A DNA stretch of 64,000 bases, from assembly GCA_977017645.1 (NCBI GenBank), contig OZ360224.1:86676001-86740000 (forward strand), read 5' to 3'. This DNA is from Torpedo marmorata. Its lineage: Eukaryota. How positions within the stretch are numbered: position 1 is the stretch's first letter; every line of letters starts with the position of its first letter. The notes below the pieces were generated by a model. The model was not told the DNA's origin. It saw nothing but the letters and a program-made list of their open reading frames with translations, and did no database searches. This document shows positions 60,028 to 64,000 of the stretch, one piece after another. Both the position numbers and the translations under genes were made by a program.

Positions 60028-60172
60028 GGTGTTGCTAAAGAAGTCCGGTTGCAGAACACCCAGGATAGAGCTGGAAGAAATGGGACCTGCCTTTGATTTT
60101 GTGCTAAGGAGAACCCACTTGGCATCTGATGACCTGTACAAAAAGTCCCTACAACAACCAAAGGCCCTGAAG
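60028..60172 (+). CDS. RPF2: RPF2 exon 9 (VLLKKSGCRTPRIELEEMGPAFDFVLRRTHLASDDLYKKSLQQPKALK); remaining C-terminus lies outside the window
   Basis: cacag acceptor, GTAATC donor, 145 nt, Brix ELEEMGP motif. Confidence 0.96.
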
Positions 60173-62039
60173 GTAATCTGTGAGCTAAGGGACCAGGACA
60201 TTGTTGGATTTTATTTAACTTTAGTAATAGTTAAACTGGTCCTGAAATATTGGACTCTTTTGTAACTATCTTAAATTCTATCATTCTTTCTGTGCTTTGG
60301 GCCTTTTGGCACTGCTGAGTGTATAATGGTGAAATGTTTTTTGAATGAATTAAAGCTCTTTAATTCAGCATTGCACAAGACCAAGACATTTTAATAATAT
60401 GTATATCAAATGTGATGTTCACATATTTGAACTCTTGAATGAGAGAGTAAATATTTGCAGGGGATACCTAGCAAACTTGAAGCTATTTTTGGTAGTACAG
60501 TTCATGTGCTGTGGCCCATTAATCTATGGTACATAACACACAGCTTACTGCAATTGAAGTCAGATCTCACTTTAATGAGATGTTACATTCATTGAATCAT
60601 TGAGTTTTGGGCTTGGGCAAGGTATAACATGAAACTGAAACTATTTCCCTTTTGCCTATAAGACCTTGGAGAAGAACTTAATGAGAGCTCAATAGCAATT
60701 AATGTGAAGAGTTGCAAATGTAACACAGGGTTCACTGCTGCCTTGTGGATGAGCCTTCTTTTATCTGAGATTTGCTTGTTGATCTTGGTTGTTAAGAACT
60801 TGCTGACTTTTCATTTGATCTTCCAGTGCCCTTTGAATTTTGCTTCAAGTTCAACCAAGAGGATTTTTTTCTCATACTTCTAATTTAATTTCTTTCCTGG
60901 TCTTTTAGTTCCCAAGATTTCTACTACTCATTTATTTCTGAGCGCCACACCTCTGCGACCTCCTGCTGGCTTGGTCCATTTTTGCTATCAGCCACTTCTA
61001 AACCCACCTTGTAGATGAAATTCAGCCCCTTGCATTTCGGGGAGCAGCGTGCAATAGTTTGGAACTCTCTGATCTTGTTGCAAAGATGCTGATCGCCTCA
61101 ATTGAACACGTCTGGTGTTTGTTCCTGAGGTGTGGTTGAAAAAGCCCAACTGAGAGGTGGACATCAACGTGGCTGAACTTTATTTAACGTAATTAAAGTT
61201 GAAGCCACACCTCTTTTGTAAATTCGATAGTTTGATCTTCAAAATTGTAATTCACAAAACCATTCAAGTTGCACTAAATATAAAGCACTGAGAAAGACCA
61301 TTCAGCCCAACGAGATATTACTTTTGTTTATCATCTAATTCTATTAGCATTACGTTGTCTTCCCTCACACTAGGTCAAATTATTGGTAATATTCATGTTA
61401 ACCACAAAACATGGTAGCAAATTCCACTTCTTTGCCCCTATCTGGAGCTCTTCTCAATTCTTTATTTGGTTTCTTGTACTGATAGCCTCCATTTTATTCT
61501 TCCCATGCAGAAATATTATTTAAATCATCCATAAATTTCAACACATCTGTTAGATATCTCCCACCCTACCCCCTCAGTCTTTTATTTAAGCTAAAATAAA
61601 AACCAGGTTGTGCAAAGGTAATGGGAGAGAGCAGGAATGTGGTGATAAAATTGAGGATCAACCATGATTGTATTGAATGGTGGAGCAGGTACAACAGTGT
61701 GGTGCAGCTCCTAATTTCCATTTTTCCTGATAGGTTTAACCTTTAGGTTCTGAGATCATCCTTGCGAATAGTTTTTGCTCTCTGCAGTATCTGTAATTCT
61801 TGTCATAATACAGTGGCTGGGATTCCAAGTGTGACCAAGCCTAGATCTGTATATGTTTAGCAGAACTTCTGCATTTTACAATTGTGTTCCCACTAACAAT
61901 CTTATGTTGTGAGTGATATGTAACCTATTAAATTAGTTTCTTTTTAATACAGTTAACTGATCAGTCTAAATTAACTATCTCTGGCTCAAGCATCATGGCT
62001 AGCTGAAGAGTAGTTGCAGGTCATTTTAGCTTTACTCAT

Positions 62040-64000
62040 AGATTCATAGAACACTACATCTCAGAAACAGGCCATTCGGCCCATCTAGACTGTGCCGACT
62101 TATTATTTCTGCCTTGCCCCATTGACCTGCACCTAGTCATAGAGTTATACAGGGTGGAAACGGGCCCTTCAGCCCAACTCATTCATGCCAACCGTTATTG
62201 ACCTAAGCTTGTCCCATTTGCTTACATTTAGCCCACATCCCTCTAAAGTTTAGAGTCTAAACCTTTCTTATCTATGTACCTGTCTAAATGTATTTTAAAA
62301 GTTGTAATTCTACCTGCTTCTATTACTTCCTCTGCCAACCTGTTCCTTATACGGTCCATCCCCATGTGGAAAATCTTGCCTCTCAGGTCCACTTTAAATC
62401 ATTCCCCTCTCACCTTAAAACCTATGCCTAGTTTTAGACTCCCCTACCTTGAGAAAAAGACCATGGCAATCCACCTTATCTGTGTCCCTCGTGATTTTGT
62501 AAACCTCTATAGGGTCACCCTTTGGCCTCCTTCACTCCGTGGAAAACAGTCCCAGCCTATCCAATCTCTTGCAACTCAAGCCCTCCAGTCCTGACAACAT
62601 TCTTGTGTATCTTTTCTGCCACCCTCTCCAGCTTAATTGCTATAGAATGGCTACCAGAGCTGCATAGAATTTTCCACATGTGGTCTCGCCAACTTGTGGT
62701 CTCAACATCCTAACAGTCATGCCAAGTGCCAGTGAGGTTAGAAATAGGAGGATAATACAGCTTAACACATGGCTAATGAGATGGTGTAGGCTGAAGGGCT
62801 TCAGTTTTCTGGATCATTGGGCTCTCTTCCAAGGAAGGTGGAACCTGTACCAATGGGACAGTTTGCTTCTGAACTGGAGGGGGACTAATAGCCTTGTGAG
62901 AAGGTTTGCTAGTGTTGCTCTTGTGGGGGGGGGGGGGGTTGTTTAAACTAGTGATGCAGGGAGATGGGAACCAGAGCACCAGATAGTTGAGTGGTTGTGG
63001 AAAAAGATGTTGTTAAGCATGCAAAGACAGAAATAGAAAAGTTGAGCATGGTGGGATTAATGTTCTGAGTTGTATCTCTTTCGGTGCAAGCGATATTGTA
63101 GGAAAAGCAGATGATCTTAGAGCATGGATCAGCTCATGGAGTTATGACATTGTGGCCATTAATGAGACTTGGTTGCAGGAGGGGCAGAACTAGCAGCTCG
63201 ATTTTCCGGGTACCGTTGTTTTTGACATGATGGAGAGGGAAGGATGAAAAGGGGAGGTCGGGGAAAATGTCACGGTTGTGTTCAGACAGGACAGATTAGA
63301 GGGCTCATCTACTGAGGCTATATGTGTGGAACTGAAGAATGGTAAAGGGATGGCCACGTTTATAGATTATATTATAGACCACCCAATAGTCAGTGGGAAT
63401 TAGAGGAGCACATTTATAGAGAGATAGCAGATAGTTGCAAGAAACATAAGGTTGTGATAGGTGATTTTAACTTTCCACATATTGACTGGGACTCCCTTAC
63501 TGTAAAAGGGCTAGATGGGTTAGTTTATCAAATATGTTCAGGAAAGTTTCCTTGATCAATATTATAGAGGTCCCAACTAGAGAGAGAGCAATATTGGATC
63601 CCTTATTAGGAAACGAGACCAGGCAGGTGACGGAAGTGTGTGTAAGGGAACACTTTAGATCTAGTGATCATAACGCCATTAGATTCAAGATAATTATGGA
63701 AAGGGATAGGTCTGGTCCTCAGGTTGAGATTTTAAATTTAAGGAAGACAAATTTTGATGGAATCAGAAAGGATCTGGCAAGTGTGGTTTGAGACGGGTTG
63801 TTTTCTGGCAAAGTTGTGCTTGGTAAGTGGGAGGCCTTCAAAGATGAATTTTTGAGAGCACAGTTTGTATGTTCCTTTCATAATTAAAGGCAAGACTAAC
63901 ATGTACTGTATAAGGAACTTTGCTTTTGGAAAGATATTGAGGCCTTGGTTAAGAAAAAGGCACAAACTAGGTACTTCAGGAGCATAAGAAATGCAAGAAA
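62040..64000. mobile_element. CR1 fragments: minus-strand 3' ends (62040-62700) and plus-strand ORF1 esterase end / ORF2 endonuclease (62700-64000)
   Basis: LNTWLMRWC..GFSFLDHW (SGNH-like); ETW, GDFNFP and SDHN endonuclease motifs. Confidence 0.72.

Overview
This is a TE-dense vertebrate locus. The repeat repertoire (CR1, Rex1/Babar, Neptune-type Penelope, V-SINE) suggests a cartilaginous fish, probably a batoid; that is an inference. The one host gene is RPF2 (Brix-domain ribosome biogenesis factor) on the + strand. Coding exons 1-9 run from 5111 to 60172 with GT-AG junctions and consistent phases, and the last exon(s) lie beyond the window. The rest is mostly nested mobile DNA. (1) A young Penelope-like element (RT plus GIY-YIG) with an inverted 5' pseudo-LTR and a 15-bp TSD sits about 290 bp upstream of the RPF2 ATG. 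(2) About ten more Penelope derivatives carry a minimal hammerhead ribozyme with a UUGAUGA core, including a ~95-bp TSD-flanked unit and a ~190-bp head-to-head mini-element. (3) A near-intact Mag-like Gypsy element (153-bp LTRs differing at one base, gag-pol in frame except one TAA, NF-H-like KSP repeats) lies inside a full-length L1, itself inside a CR1. (4) There is also a deleted second Gypsy, a solo LTR, hAT and pogo/Tc2 derivatives, and a recurrent ~800-bp CpG-rich non-autonomous retroposon whose inverted copies bracket RPF2 exons. (5) A decayed duplicate of RPF2 exon 8 lies in intron 7. All coordinates were read by eye, and no database searches were run.
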